Shown: positions 11,201 through 20,673 of the stretch, piece after piece
Layout: each line of letters opens with the position of its first letter
Numbering within the stretch: position 1 is the stretch's first letter
Made by a program: the position numbers and the translations under genes
DNA from: an uncultured archaeon
GTDB taxonomy: Archaea > Asgardarchaeota > Thorarchaeia > Thorarchaeales > Thorarchaeaceae
DNA: 64,000 nt
Assembly: GCA_964558645.1 (NCBI GenBank)
Contig: CAZLEV010000006.1
Coordinates: forward strand, 64,001-128,000
Direction: 5' to 3'
The notes under the pieces: generated by a model
Databases searched by the model: none
Seen by the model: only the letters and a program-made list of their open reading frames with translations
Told to the model about the DNA's origin: nothing

Positions 11201-11809
11201 ATGGGAGCCGTGAATCTCAAGGCTCTGACAGACTATGATGTTGAGAAAGAAAGATACGAAGAGATAGTTGATAAGAAGACCACCCTAGAGCGTGAACATA
11301 AAGAGATACTTGAGTTCATGGAGGAACTTGAGAGGGAAAAGACGCGTAAGTTTCTGCAGGTCTATAATGAGATTGCTGATAATTTCGCAAAGGTGTTTGC
11401 AAGACTCTCACCGGGGGGCGAGGCAAATCTCATGCTGGAAAATCCCGAGCACCCGTTGATGGGAGGGATAACTGTACGCTCTAAACCACAAGGAAAGGAC
11501 TTGGTGTCCCTTGAGGCTATGAGTGGAGGAGAGAAGACTCTGACCGGTCTAGCGCTGATCTTCGCGGTACAGATGTATAATCCTGCCAGTTTCTATGTTT
11601 TCGATGAGATTGATGCTGCTTTGGATGATGTCAATGCCCACAATGTTGCCCTGCTGATATCAGACATGGCCAAAGAGTCACAGTTCATTGTGGTTTCTTT
11701 GAGAGATGTGACCGTCAGAAAGGCAGATCTGCTCGTAGGTGTTTCAAATCAGGATGGCATCTCTCGGATTGTAGCAGTTGATTTGGAGGAGGTCGCCGGG
11801 ACTGCATGA
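8219..11809 (+). CDS. smc: Chromosome segregation protein SMC
   Basis: GFKSF, Walker A GPNGSGKSN, long coiled coils, hinge GDLVERSGLITGG, signature MSGGEKT, Walker B FDEIDAALD. Confidence 0.98.
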   Translation: MVHIEKLVCKGFKSFGRDTVTIKFSKGFTCIVGPNGSGKSNVIDAVLFVLGQLSAKTLRANVFSDLLYSPPKPDMPPKASKASVELYFNNKDRKLQIESDRVVIERELDESGSSTCRINGKNVTRSTVLDILGGIGVDPNGYNLVLQGEIAQMVQVSPNDRRKLIEEIAGISAYDEQKERAMKKLAESETNLSRVETQLQERRRQLEKLEYERTDALRHQNLRNQIQDIQIDNLAWTIIKSSTRIDTINETLAERAEEAEKLNRELVQVEQEIENAESEIDGIDSQIDQITGGDSARVSEQYGIISAAVDHIRNDLERAENAFKEKRDERHSLKEQLGSVQQELELADNQAKSKRKELEALNIEIDRTTDQIGALEESLNREQESYYETQQKLQDLNNQMVSLDEAVSDVRSAIKSHERELGLAYEELRDATEGLERTRTELQELQETVPAKRESLKESDKEEEKKQRELETVNARLETVDAEVSEAADVLSSAREELIKFQARQDALKEAEEAFLKRKRAVARVLELRDNDIIEGVHGTVAELGTIDPDYAIAMEIAGGSRLSYVVVEDEEVATKCVNILKRDRVGRASFIPLDKIRTRSPGRTSDEIGVIGYAIDLVSFDPKFQAAFEFTFSDTIVTEDFESAKRLGFKGKRAVTLDGDLVERSGLITGGHYTRGGSGLTLQLEDKSPEIIRKLQGLEGIHANLRKKQDDLRGKKKELSLEIQELSKHNYRKRIELERDEENLQEKSAREEALQEIIQKSEVSIEAFEQQIAELRERDRELSAHREHIREQRDSCNEILAKSDASKITQDMKDLKEVLEHMRRRRDRLHSEVTGFEVAIDERLEPKTVELEMRLQALAAVIPELKEETENLRTKLSDKEEEMLDLRSERERIEDAVKDKRVRQVRLKEDLRNLRLRHEEIREEQTNNEKAVYRLQTEQSRLEEDIVALRAELGNLSEVDEELEAREEKEELTYREIEELEEKIKELERELEEMGAVNLKALTDYDVEKERYEEIVDKKTTLEREHKEILEFMEELEREKTRKFLQVYNEIADNFAKVFARLSPGGEANLMLENPEHPLMGGITVRSKPQGKDLVSLEAMSGGEKTLTGLALIFAVQMYNPASFYVFDEIDAALDDVNAHNVALLISDMAKESQFIVVSLRDVTVRKADLLVGVSNQDGISRIVAVDLEEVAGTA

Positions 11810-12522
11810 GTGATGAAGAGAATCCCTTTTGGATTACACCACCCTACATACTCCTCACTGACGTGCTCCAGCTTGATAAGGTCGAGCCTTGGAATGTTGA
11901 TGTGGGCAAACTAGTGGCGGGTTTCCTGCAAGAGATGAAGAGGTTAGGGAATATTGATTTCAGAGTATCAGGCAATGCACTCTATTCTGCTTCAGTTATC
12001 TTCATGAAGAAGACCCGGGATCTTGTAGACCTTGGCCTGTTGCCTGATGATGACGAGGATAGTGACGAGGATATAGAGATTCCACTTATTCGACCACCAT
12101 TTCGACTGACAAACAGACGAGTCACAATCCAAGAGCTTCTTCTTGCAATGGACAAGATGTTGAAGAAAGGAGTCCGACGACGACCACCGCCCAAAAAGAG
12201 GAGGGCGAAAGATGAACTTGACCCGATATCCTTCCAAATGGATGTCACAAGGGCTGATGTCGAAGAGACCATTGGAGAAGTATATTCTGATCTCAGGAAG
12301 ATTGTGGATGTTGGCGATACTGTAAGATTCCAAGACATCCTTGTGAACAACACTCGACGGGAGATTGTACGAGTGTTCTTTGCAGTGTTACACCTTCACG
12401 GACGCGCTTTTGTGGATATGTGGATGGATGAAGATTGGACAATCTGGATTACAATCAGGGAGCCTCCACAGGTCTCTGAGAGAGAGATGGAGATTCTTCA
12501 GCAACAGTTAGTCGAGGAGTAG
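11806..12522 (+). CDS. scpA: Kleisin ScpA
   Basis: Overlaps the smc stop; EPWNVDV, IDFRVSGNALYSAS, RRVTIQELL, C-terminal wHTH VRVFFAVLHL. Confidence 0.92.
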   Translation: MSDEENPFWITPPYILLTDVLQLDKVEPWNVDVGKLVAGFLQEMKRLGNIDFRVSGNALYSASVIFMKKTRDLVDLGLLPDDDEDSDEDIEIPLIRPPFRLTNRRVTIQELLLAMDKMLKKGVRRRPPPKKRRAKDELDPISFQMDVTRADVEETIGEVYSDLRKIVDVGDTVRFQDILVNNTRREIVRVFFAVLHLHGRAFVDMWMDEDWTIWITIREPPQVSEREMEILQQQLVEE

Positions 12523-13083
12523 GTGCAGATGTTGGATGACGATATGCTAACACTGGAAGCAGCACTATACGCAGCAGGACGCGCGCTTGCCATTGAAGAA
12601 CTATCGGAATTGATCGGGAAGGCAGAATCAACAACGGAGAAACTTCTGAAAGACTTGGAGTTTGAATATCACAAGAGAGGGGGAGCACTAGAGGTTGTCC
12701 AGCTCCCACGTGATCGCTACGTGATGCAGCTCAGGCCAGAGCTTACCCCAAGAGTGGGCAGGCTGATTCCGGGAGGCTTGCTGACTTTTGCAACCCTCCA
12801 GACTCTGGTATTCATCGCATTGAAACAGCCGATACTCCAGTCAGACTTGGTAGCTCACCGGGGCACACACGTGTACGAACATGTCAAGGAGCTGGAAGAG
12901 AAGAAGTTCATCCGTAGCGAACCGGAGGGAAGAACAAAGATGTTAAGGACCACCCAGTTGTTCTCTGACTACTTCGGGTTAGACCGTGACAAAGTCAAGA
13001 TGAAAGCACAGTTGAAGCACAAGATGAAGCGGATTCTGGATGAGCAGCGCGAGGTCGAAGATGACAATCAGACCAAGTTCTAG
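12523..13083 (+). CDS. scpB: Kite protein ScpB
   Basis: LEAALYAAG, LQTLVFIALKQPI, HVKEL, GRTKMLRTTQLFSDYFGL; abuts scpA. Confidence 0.93.
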   Translation: MQMLDDDMLTLEAALYAAGRALAIEELSELIGKAESTTEKLLKDLEFEYHKRGGALEVVQLPRDRYVMQLRPELTPRVGRLIPGGLLTFATLQTLVFIALKQPILQSDLVAHRGTHVYEHVKELEEKKFIRSEPEGRTKMLRTTQLFSDYFGLDRDKVKMKAQLKHKMKRILDEQREVEDDNQTKF

Positions 13084-14093
13084 CAGACGCGCGGGACAGG
13101 TTCTCCGTAGGGCACCTGTATTATCTTCCTTCCGCCAATGCCAGTCTTCATAATCACTCGCCCTTTTCCCTTAGAAACTGTCCCAATTACCTTGGCCTGT
13201 ACTGTCGATTCGTGTTTCTCTAGTGCGTCAATTATCTCGTCGGTTTTTGAGGATTCAACTGACATGACGGCTGTTCCCTCGCAGCTCATATGGAGGGGAT
13301 CGAGACCAAGTATGCCACACAGCGACTCAACCTCTGGCCGAATGGGAAGGCTCCGCTCATCAATCTCAATTTCAACCCCAGATTTGGCGGCAATTTCATT
13401 GAGAGCCACAGCGGTCCCACCACGGGTCGGATCTTTCATTGCATTGATGCCCCCGATGTCCAGACAATCTCTGATAGGTAACCATAGTGCTGCCACATCG
13501 CTAATCAGGCTCGTGTCAAAATCCAAGCCTTCCCGATGCGCCAGTAGTGTGGTTCCATGGTCGCCAATTGGTCCTGTGACAATCAGTGTATCACCGTTTT
13601 GTGCGCCACTGTCAGTGACTGCACGGTCACGATACACTACACCTATACCCGAGGTGGACATGACCAGCTGATCAATGGTGCCTCTCGGCATGACTTTCGT
13701 GTCGCCCGCAATCATGGCTACTTCAAGAGAGTTGATTACATCATTGAGTGATCTTAGAATCACCTTTAGAGTATCAATCTCGAAGCCTTCTTCCACTATG
13801 ATAGTATTGGTCATTGCTATCGGCCTTGCCCCCATAACAGCGATGTCATTGATTGTCCCACAGGCGGTGAGTTTCCCAATGTTGCCACCCGGGAAGAAGA
13901 GGGGCTGAACTGTATGGGCATCGGTACAAACAACTAGTTCATTCCCATCTATCCTAAGAGTTGCACCATCATCCATCTCATCCAAGCCGATATCACCTGC
14001 ATGTCGGCGACTGAACGACGGAATTATGACCTCTTCCAGCAGGCGCTGCATAATCTTCCCGCCGGCACCATGGGAAGTTTCGATCTTTGTCAT
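13080..14093 (-). CDS. hypE: Hydrogenase maturation protein HypE
   Basis: HGAGGK, PLFFPGGNIGKL, GDTKV, MKDPTRGG, C-terminal PRVC with the terminal Cys. Confidence 0.96.
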   Translation of the reverse strand: MTKIETSHGAGGKIMQRLLEEVIIPSFSRRHAGDIGLDEMDDGATLRIDGNELVVCTDAHTVQPLFFPGGNIGKLTACGTINDIAVMGARPIAMTNTIIVEEGFEIDTLKVILRSLNDVINSLEVAMIAGDTKVMPRGTIDQLVMSTSGIGVVYRDRAVTDSGAQNGDTLIVTGPIGDHGTTLLAHREGLDFDTSLISDVAALWLPIRDCLDIGGINAMKDPTRGGTAVALNEIAAKSGVEIEIDERSLPIRPEVESLCGILGLDPLHMSCEGTAVMSVESSKTDEIIDALEKHESTVQAKVIGTVSKGKGRVIMKTGIGGRKIIQVPYGEPVPRVC

Positions 14094-14242
14094 GCGTTCC
14101 TCACGTACCTGATGGTGCCTCAACATCCAAAGATGTATTTGAAGAGGTCGATATATGCGGTCCGACTATTCATCGTCACTAAGCAAAGTTTAAAACAACC
14201 CCTAGATGTGCCTGATTGAACCCAACCAAGAGGTAGTCAGAA

Positions 14243-14620
14243 ATGGGTGTATGGCATAGAAGATCTAGACGCACATCCACAGGCGCGCGACTTAGAAGAT
14301 TCAGAGGTAAGAGAAAATACGAACAGGGTCGCACACCAACTGAGACCGTACTGGGTAAGACCAAGCGTAGAACAGTTGACAGCAAGGGCACCTATAAGAA
14401 GATGCCCGCCCTTAAGGCCAAGATGGTCAATGTTACTGACCCAGAGAAGAATGAGACCTACCGCGTAGAGATCGAGGATGTAGAGAAGAACCCGGCCAAT
14501 ATGGATTATCAGAGAAGAAAAGTCATTACACGGGGCACAATAATCAAGACCTCGAAAGGGCGTGCAAGAGTCACTAGCCGCCCCGGCCAAACGGGTATTC
14601 TGAACGCAGTTCTTGTCTAG
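14243..14620 (+). CDS. rps8e: 30S ribosomal protein S8e
   Basis: RSRRTSTGAR...KRKYEQGR, NPAN, VTSRPGQTGILNAVL. Confidence 0.97.
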   Translation: MGVWHRRSRRTSTGARLRRFRGKRKYEQGRTPTETVLGKTKRRTVDSKGTYKKMPALKAKMVNVTDPEKNETYRVEIEDVEKNPANMDYQRRKVITRGTIIKTSKGRARVTSRPGQTGILNAVLV

Positions 14621-14649
14621 CTGATCAACGTGTGACAGCACGTCATACT

Positions 14650-15039
14650 TTATCTCGATGAATCGATCTCGGCCTCGATGTTCGTTATGAAGAACTCCTT
14701 TCCTCCTACTATCTCAGTAGAACTGCCTCCACATCTCGGACACTTCAGAGGGGCAAAGACTGCAATCTCTGGGGGAAGCTCATGAGCAGACTCTGATTCT
14801 CCCTCGAAACCGCAATCATCACACTTGAGAGTTCCTCGAACCTTAGTGATGTTCAGCTTTGCATCTTCGAGAATTGTATCTTTGCCTGCAATCTCAAAGT
14901 TGAACTCCAGTTGTTCAGGAACCAAGAAAGTGAACTCACCAACTTCAATATTTACTGCGGTTACTTTCTTTGCATTGTGTTCGCGTGCGGCTTGAAGAGC
15001 AGTTTCTACTATCGAGCAGGCGGCTGAGAATTCATGCAC
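14650..15039 (-). CDS. hypA: Hydrogenase nickel metallochaperone HypA
   Basis: MHEFS start, CDDC and CPRC Zn motifs, GGKEF. Confidence 0.95.
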   Translation of the reverse strand: MHEFSAACSIVETALQAAREHNAKKVTAVNIEVGEFTFLVPEQLEFNFEIAGKDTILEDAKLNITKVRGTLKCDDCGFEGESESAHELPPEIAVFAPLKCPRCGGSSTEIVGGKEFFITNIEAEIDSSR

Positions 15040-15225
15040 TTGTATACACTCTAACCGTATCGTGGCAGGTCTATGCTTTTCTCTTTTCGTCTAGGTGCAT
15101 CAAGCATCTGGATGATGAGGGTCTATCATTCGGGCGAGAGAAGGAGCTAGTCGCTTTTTTTCCGTTCTCGTTTACCTTATATAACAATCAGATTTTCGAT
15201 TGTGACAAGGAGACACAGAAGAACG

Positions 15226-15765
15226 ATGGGTTCGAATCAAGACAGGGATGAATTAACTAAGAAGGTCAGAGATCTAGACCTAGATTATATGCGTGGTCTG
15301 ATAAGCGAGAATGACTACAAGAAGAAGATTGGGGAGTTGAAGACCAAACTGACTGAGTTGGGAGGGGAAGAAGCAGATATCCCATCAATTTCCATCTACC
15401 TAGAGAAGCAGGTAGGCTCAGGAACAGTTACTTCCCCTGCGAAGAAGAATGCCACTGTTGACCCTGTCACCGCAATCAGGAGGACAATTCAAACTATGAG
15501 GCGACTTCCTATCGAGAGAATCGCCCAGGAATCCGGCGTTGATGCAATAAATGCCACCAAGATACTGGGAGATCTTCTGGACGGCCGAGAACTCTCAGGC
15601 AGAATAGATCATGATTCTGGAGACTTCATCCTTGGAACTGGTACTGGACCCGCACCAAAGACAATAGCGGCCTGTCCTTACTGCAAGAATGATTTAGAAC
15701 GGATAGCAGTTCGTGGAGAAACGATAAACTGCCCGGTTTGCAACGAATCGTTTATTGTATCCTAA
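15226..15765 (+). CDS. SHOCT-like + PCI/winged-helix + zinc-ribbon protein
   Basis: N-terminal LDLDYMRGLISENDYKKK; central LPIERIAQE..ILGDLLDGRELSGRIDHDSG; C-terminal CPYC..CPVC. Confidence 0.6.
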   Translation: MGSNQDRDELTKKVRDLDLDYMRGLISENDYKKKIGELKTKLTELGGEEADIPSISIYLEKQVGSGTVTSPAKKNATVDPVTAIRRTIQTMRRLPIERIAQESGVDAINATKILGDLLDGRELSGRIDHDSGDFILGTGTGPAPKTIAACPYCKNDLERIAVRGETINCPVCNESFIVS

Positions 15766-15798
15766 GTATATGCTCGCCAGCTCTCTGAAGAGATAAAT

Positions 15799-17112
15799 GT
15801 GTACTGTTCTATTAGTTCTTGTCTGAGGTCAGCCGCATTGAGTGACAAGTTGAATCTCTTTCAGGCTTGCATGAAGAACGATGAGAGAATCGCAGCAATT
15901 CAAGTAAACCAGATGGTATCAAGAGCTCAGACACCAGCAGTCTGGGCGATACTTCTACATGTCGCAGCTTGGCATGAGGAACGGACCTATGATACACCTC
16001 ATGCCACCATACTCGTTAATTCGATTCACGGTATGATTGGGGATTGTGGATCCAATCCGGACTTGTTGAATGGAAGTTCAGCAGAGTCGGCAGTAGTTCT
16101 TCCTGATGAATTCAGGGAGAATCTTCAGAGATTCCTGATTGAGCGCCTAGCATTATATCTGGCCGCGGTAGACCACTGGCAGCCTGAAAAAGGACCACAG
16201 TATAAGGTCGAAAGAAGAGGAGAATCACCCGATAATGCCCTTCACTCGTATGTACAGGCGATACGCGAGAAGAGTCATATCGGCGCTCTTCGTTCGGCGG
16301 TGACCTTGACAGCACAGGGCAGCTACACAAGATTGCTGCGCATGACAGCAACACTGGGAGCGGAACACCCAGATCGTCTTGGTCATGCGTTCATTCTGCC
16401 GGTATCCCTGCTTCATGAGTTACCAAAGGCTCGATTCACAATGCCCCACGAGGCAGGACTATGGCACCTCACTGAGTATCTTGTCAGAAAGGTGCCCAAT
16501 CGAAGACCGGGCGGCTTCAATCCGGAACCTACTTACGCTGACATGGCGTCGCCTACGTCAGTATCGCAATACAAAGAGCTCTTCAAAAGAGCGACAGTCA
16601 ACTATGGAATCTTAGGGCATAATGCGATATTCGCACATCGAATAGCTATTGCTGCTAAGAATGGAACAGCTGACTCCAACACCATTCATTGGCTCATGAA
16701 AGAGCTGGAGTCTAACACGGATGGAAACCGTCTTCAAGATGAGGATATTTCTATAGAAACTCTTATTGACCAACAGGGAGGCGCTGACTGGGAAGAATCA
16801 CCCCATAAGATTCTCTCGCCACATAGTGGGCCCTTGAGAATGTGGCTTAACGAAAATTTAGGTGCCTACTGGAAAAGCATGCTGGATAAAAGGGGGCAAA
16901 CCTTTGAGAGAGAGATTCCATATATTGGGGAAGAAGAGTGGGATCTTGTCAGAGCTGCCCAGTACGCGATGGCCTCGTTGAATGGTACGTCCAATGCATC
17001 ACATGTCATAATATTCGCTCATGCAACATGGAATCTGTCCGACTTGGGACTCATACCTCGAGAACTAGCAGCACTTCAGACGCATCGTATGCTGAGAGAG
17101 AATCTGGAGTGA
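15799..17112 (+). CDS. Hypothetical helical protein with four His-x-x-Ile motifs (questin-oxidase-like fold?)
   Basis: 437-aa ORF containing PHATIL, GHAFIL, GHNAIF and SHVIIF. Confidence 0.5.
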   Translation: MYCSISSCLRSAALSDKLNLFQACMKNDERIAAIQVNQMVSRAQTPAVWAILLHVAAWHEERTYDTPHATILVNSIHGMIGDCGSNPDLLNGSSAESAVVLPDEFRENLQRFLIERLALYLAAVDHWQPEKGPQYKVERRGESPDNALHSYVQAIREKSHIGALRSAVTLTAQGSYTRLLRMTATLGAEHPDRLGHAFILPVSLLHELPKARFTMPHEAGLWHLTEYLVRKVPNRRPGGFNPEPTYADMASPTSVSQYKELFKRATVNYGILGHNAIFAHRIAIAAKNGTADSNTIHWLMKELESNTDGNRLQDEDISIETLIDQQGGADWEESPHKILSPHSGPLRMWLNENLGAYWKSMLDKRGQTFEREIPYIGEEEWDLVRAAQYAMASLNGTSNASHVIIFAHATWNLSDLGLIPRELAALQTHRMLRENLE

Positions 17113-17171
17113 GGCCGGACATGATTCAAAGAAGACCAAGAGAGAGGATTCCTCCCCCCTCAGGTGTATCC

Positions 17172-18737
17172 CTACTTGTCACCTTTTCGGTATGAATCAG
17201 CTAGAAGATCAGGAATGTATTTTGTTTCAATAGAGGTCCCCTTCATGATGTCCTTTATCTGAATTGTACAGAATGGACACTCTGTGGTCACCATATCAGC
17301 CCCTGTCTTCTCGATATATTCCTTCTTAGTGGTGGCAATCTTCATAGAGAGATCACGCAGTCCAGCACGAACACCACCACCAGCCCCACAACAACGGTTC
17401 TTGTATGGGTCCTCGATATATTCGACACCAGGAATCATCTTGAGAAGCTCGATTGGCTGATCAACGACTCCTTGACCTCGACCGAGGTGACATGGTTCGT
17501 GATATGTGATTTTCATCCTAATCTCACCTGTCGGTTTCACCATGTTCTCCTCCCCTATCACATCAAGAAGATACTCTGCAAGATCATAGACCTTGAATCT
17601 CGGAGGTTCTCCTCGCATCTCCTCAATGATGGGACGGTGGTCCTCACGAAGAGTCTTGCCACAGCCTGCACAGGCAACGACTACCTCATCCAAGTCATAT
17701 TTCTCCATCACATCCTCGAATATCTCTGTGACTCGGACAGCTGCTGCCTTTCCTGTGTGGACATCGCCTGTCCTGAAAGCAGGACTGGCACAACACCACT
17801 GCTCCTTGGGGACAATCACGTCAACATTGTTCCTGTTTAGCACCTCAATTAGAGCTCTACCAGTTTCCTGCATCCGATAGTCAATGAGACAACCCGTGAA
17901 AAAGGCCACCCTGCCTTGAGGGGTATCCACAAGAAACTCCTCGGTTTCCGTACTCTTGAGCAAGGGCGTGTCCTTCTCAGGAACAGATCGTCCAGTCTTG
18001 TTTATCTCGTCGATAAAGCCCTGTTGACCTGTTGCGAGGGGATAGCCAGCCTCGACAGCCTTTGCTCGAAGCAGCTCCACAGCAAGACTTGGAATCTTGA
18101 TGTTCTTTGGACAGATGTCCTCACACATCTTACAGGTTGTACAGGTGTAGACAGCCTCATCTAGGGCCATAGAAACCCTGTCCTCAACATCTCGAGGGTC
18201 AAGCTGAAGCCGAGCAAGCTGGCGGATAATCATGGGCCCAGGATAATCCCAAGTTTCTGCAACAATGGGACAATTGGAGAGACAAGCACTGCATTCTATA
18301 CATTTTCTTATCTCACGGAGTTTCTCAATCTCCTCGGCCTGAATGATCTCTGGTCGCTCAGGCGGTTTATCACGAGCAACATACGGACGAATGCGTCGAA
18401 TCCTATATGTGACCTGTGCCATGTCCACAACGAGGTCTTTGATGATAGGCATCTTGTCAAGGGGTTCTAGTACAACCTCCTCATCGGGATTCACCTTCGT
18501 CCGGCATGATATCCGTGCGGTCCCATTGACCTTAATGGCACAAGATCCACATTGACCACCTCGGCACTCCCAACGGAATGCCAAGCTTGAATCGTACTTG
18601 TCTTGGATATAGAGCAGTGCATCGAGTACAGTCATTCCTGGCTCGTATTCGACTTCGAAGTCTTGGAAGTATGGACTGTCGTCCACATCAGGGTTGTATC
18701 TCTGAACAGTTGTTTTGAATTTCTTAGCCATCTTCAA
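17172..18737 (-). CDS. tfrB: Thiol:fumarate reductase subunit B (SdhB-type Fe-S domain + two CCG domains)
   Basis: CRGGQCGSC [2Fe-2S]; CIECSACLSNCP and CTTCKMCEDICP [4Fe-4S]; HdrD-like FTGC..CCAS..CAGC and HEPCH..CCGAGGG..CPFC. Confidence 0.88.
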   Translation of the reverse strand: MKMAKKFKTTVQRYNPDVDDSPYFQDFEVEYEPGMTVLDALLYIQDKYDSSLAFRWECRGGQCGSCAIKVNGTARISCRTKVNPDEEVVLEPLDKMPIIKDLVVDMAQVTYRIRRIRPYVARDKPPERPEIIQAEEIEKLREIRKCIECSACLSNCPIVAETWDYPGPMIIRQLARLQLDPRDVEDRVSMALDEAVYTCTTCKMCEDICPKNIKIPSLAVELLRAKAVEAGYPLATGQQGFIDEINKTGRSVPEKDTPLLKSTETEEFLVDTPQGRVAFFTGCLIDYRMQETGRALIEVLNRNNVDVIVPKEQWCCASPAFRTGDVHTGKAAAVRVTEIFEDVMEKYDLDEVVVACAGCGKTLREDHRPIIEEMRGEPPRFKVYDLAEYLLDVIGEENMVKPTGEIRMKITYHEPCHLGRGQGVVDQPIELLKMIPGVEYIEDPYKNRCCGAGGGVRAGLRDLSMKIATTKKEYIEKTGADMVTTECPFCTIQIKDIMKGTSIETKYIPDLLADSYRKGDK

Positions 18738-18743
18738 CTCCTC

Positions 18744-20447
18744 CTACGGCGGTTGGATCTTGGTTATGACAAGGTCCTTCCTCTTGAGCTCCATCTCCCC
18801 GTCGTCACCCTTGCGTATCACGATGTTGTAATAGCCCTTATCATCAGGGTCAGCATCGACTCGATAGTGGGCACCACGACTTCCCTTTCGCATATATGCA
18901 GCTTCAGCCACCATTCGAGCTGTGGTCACCATATGGGCAAACTCGATTGCTTGGTGCCATCCAGGATTGAATCGCTTGATGGGTACATCCACTTTGATCT
19001 TGGGAACAACCTCTTTCTGGATGCGCTTGAGCTCCTTGACTGCATCCTCTAGATCCTCTTCCTTCCTGAAAATCTGGACCTTGCTCCACATGAGGTCATT
19101 AAGCTCATCACGAGCATCAGCAGGTGATATACCATCCTTGCGTTGTAGCATTGCCTCAACGCGGTCAAACTCCTGCTTGGCCACATCTCGGTCGAATCCA
19201 GCGAGTTTGTGATTCTTGGCAAACTTTGCTGCACTCTCACCAGCCAAGGCGCCAAATACCTGGGTGTCAGCCAGTGCATTTCCTCCCAAGCGGTTTCCTC
19301 CATGGAGACCGCCCATGCACTCACCAGCAGCAAAGAGCCCGGGAATACTGGCTTGTGCATCAGTATCAATAGAAATGCCTCCCATGAAGTGGTGACAGGT
19401 CGGTGACACCTCCATTGGTTCTTCTCTTATGTCAACTCCCGCATCACCGAACTGTTCTATCATGCTTTCTAGACGAAACTCAACGATTCGCTTTGGCAAG
19501 TGACTGATGCTGAGATAGGCCCCACCAGTGGGTGAACCCCTTCCTTCGATGACTTCGGTCATGATAGACCGGGCCACCTGGTCACGACCTGCCAGTTCCA
19601 TGACCTGCGGATAGTAGTTCTTCATGAAGCGTTCGCCCTCACTATTGAGAAGAATACCGCCCTCTCCACGCACTGCCTCCGTAACAAGCCTTCCTTTGGC
19701 GGATTCGGGTCTTGTCATGCCGGTTGGATGAAACTGTATCATCTCCATGTCAATCATTTCACATCCAGCCTCGTAGGCCATAGCATATCCATCGCCAACA
19801 TCAAGCTGAGCATTGCTTGTGACCTTGTAGATTCGACCAGCTCCGCCTGTTGCCATCACCACGGACTTTGCACGGAAGACTAGGTAATCACCGTACTTCA
19901 TGTCAATGGCTGTGACGCCCGCAATCCTGCCATCTTCGACAAGCAGTTTGGTTGCAAATATCTCATCGAAGACTCGAACAGCACTCTTTCGAATCGCCTC
20001 TACCAGAGTGACCATAATCTCTGATCCCGTTCTATCAGAGGCATAGGCCGTTCTTCTCCAACTCTGCTTCCCAAACGGTCTCTGAGCAATCTTACCCTCG
20101 GGAGTTCTATCGAAAACCGCACCCATTTCCTCGAGATCATAGACTCTGGCTGTGGCATTGTCAACAAGAATCTCGACTAGTTCTTGGTTGTTAATGTAGT
20201 TGCCACCGACAACCGTGTCTTTGAAGTGGGTTTCGGGATCGTCCTTCGGGTCAACATTTCCTAGAGCAACATTGATCCCACCCTCGGCCATAGAGGTATG
20301 CGCCTTGCCGAGGAGCTCTTTGCTTAACATTATGACATCCAAGTTATGGTTTGAGGCCTCTATTGCAGCCCGACAGCCTGCACCGCCGGCGCCCACAACA
20401 AGCACGTCACATACAATGGTCTTGTATTCCAAACTGTGGTCCTCCAA
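18744..20447 (-). CDS. tfrA: Fumarate reductase flavoprotein subunit
   Basis: GAGGAG, AHTSMAEGG, QFHPT, TEAVRGEGG, HHFMGG, LHGGNRLGGNAL, SRGAHYR. Confidence 0.92.
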   Translation of the reverse strand: MEDHSLEYKTIVCDVLVVGAGGAGCRAAIEASNHNLDVIMLSKELLGKAHTSMAEGGINVALGNVDPKDDPETHFKDTVVGGNYINNQELVEILVDNATARVYDLEEMGAVFDRTPEGKIAQRPFGKQSWRRTAYASDRTGSEIMVTLVEAIRKSAVRVFDEIFATKLLVEDGRIAGVTAIDMKYGDYLVFRAKSVVMATGGAGRIYKVTSNAQLDVGDGYAMAYEAGCEMIDMEMIQFHPTGMTRPESAKGRLVTEAVRGEGGILLNSEGERFMKNYYPQVMELAGRDQVARSIMTEVIEGRGSPTGGAYLSISHLPKRIVEFRLESMIEQFGDAGVDIREEPMEVSPTCHHFMGGISIDTDAQASIPGLFAAGECMGGLHGGNRLGGNALADTQVFGALAGESAAKFAKNHKLAGFDRDVAKQEFDRVEAMLQRKDGISPADARDELNDLMWSKVQIFRKEEDLEDAVKELKRIQKEVVPKIKVDVPIKRFNPGWHQAIEFAHMVTTARMVAEAAYMRKGSRGAHYRVDADPDDKGYYNIVIRKGDDGEMELKRKDLVITKIQPP

Positions 20448-20673
20448 TTGAAGACGAACGTTCTGTTTATCGTGATGGCGGACCTCTCTTCCCCTTTATT
20501 GTTGTTACTGTTGAGGTGGAAACTGGATTATGGCAAGGAGATGTCCCGATTGAGACGAAGCCCGTTATTATGTGCATAAGCTTGCATTGGCGCTAAACTC
20601 AGTGTTTTTGAATCTAAACAGCTAACTTCTAAAAGAAAAGATCACATATCGTGCTTGTCTGGGAGTGATATGA

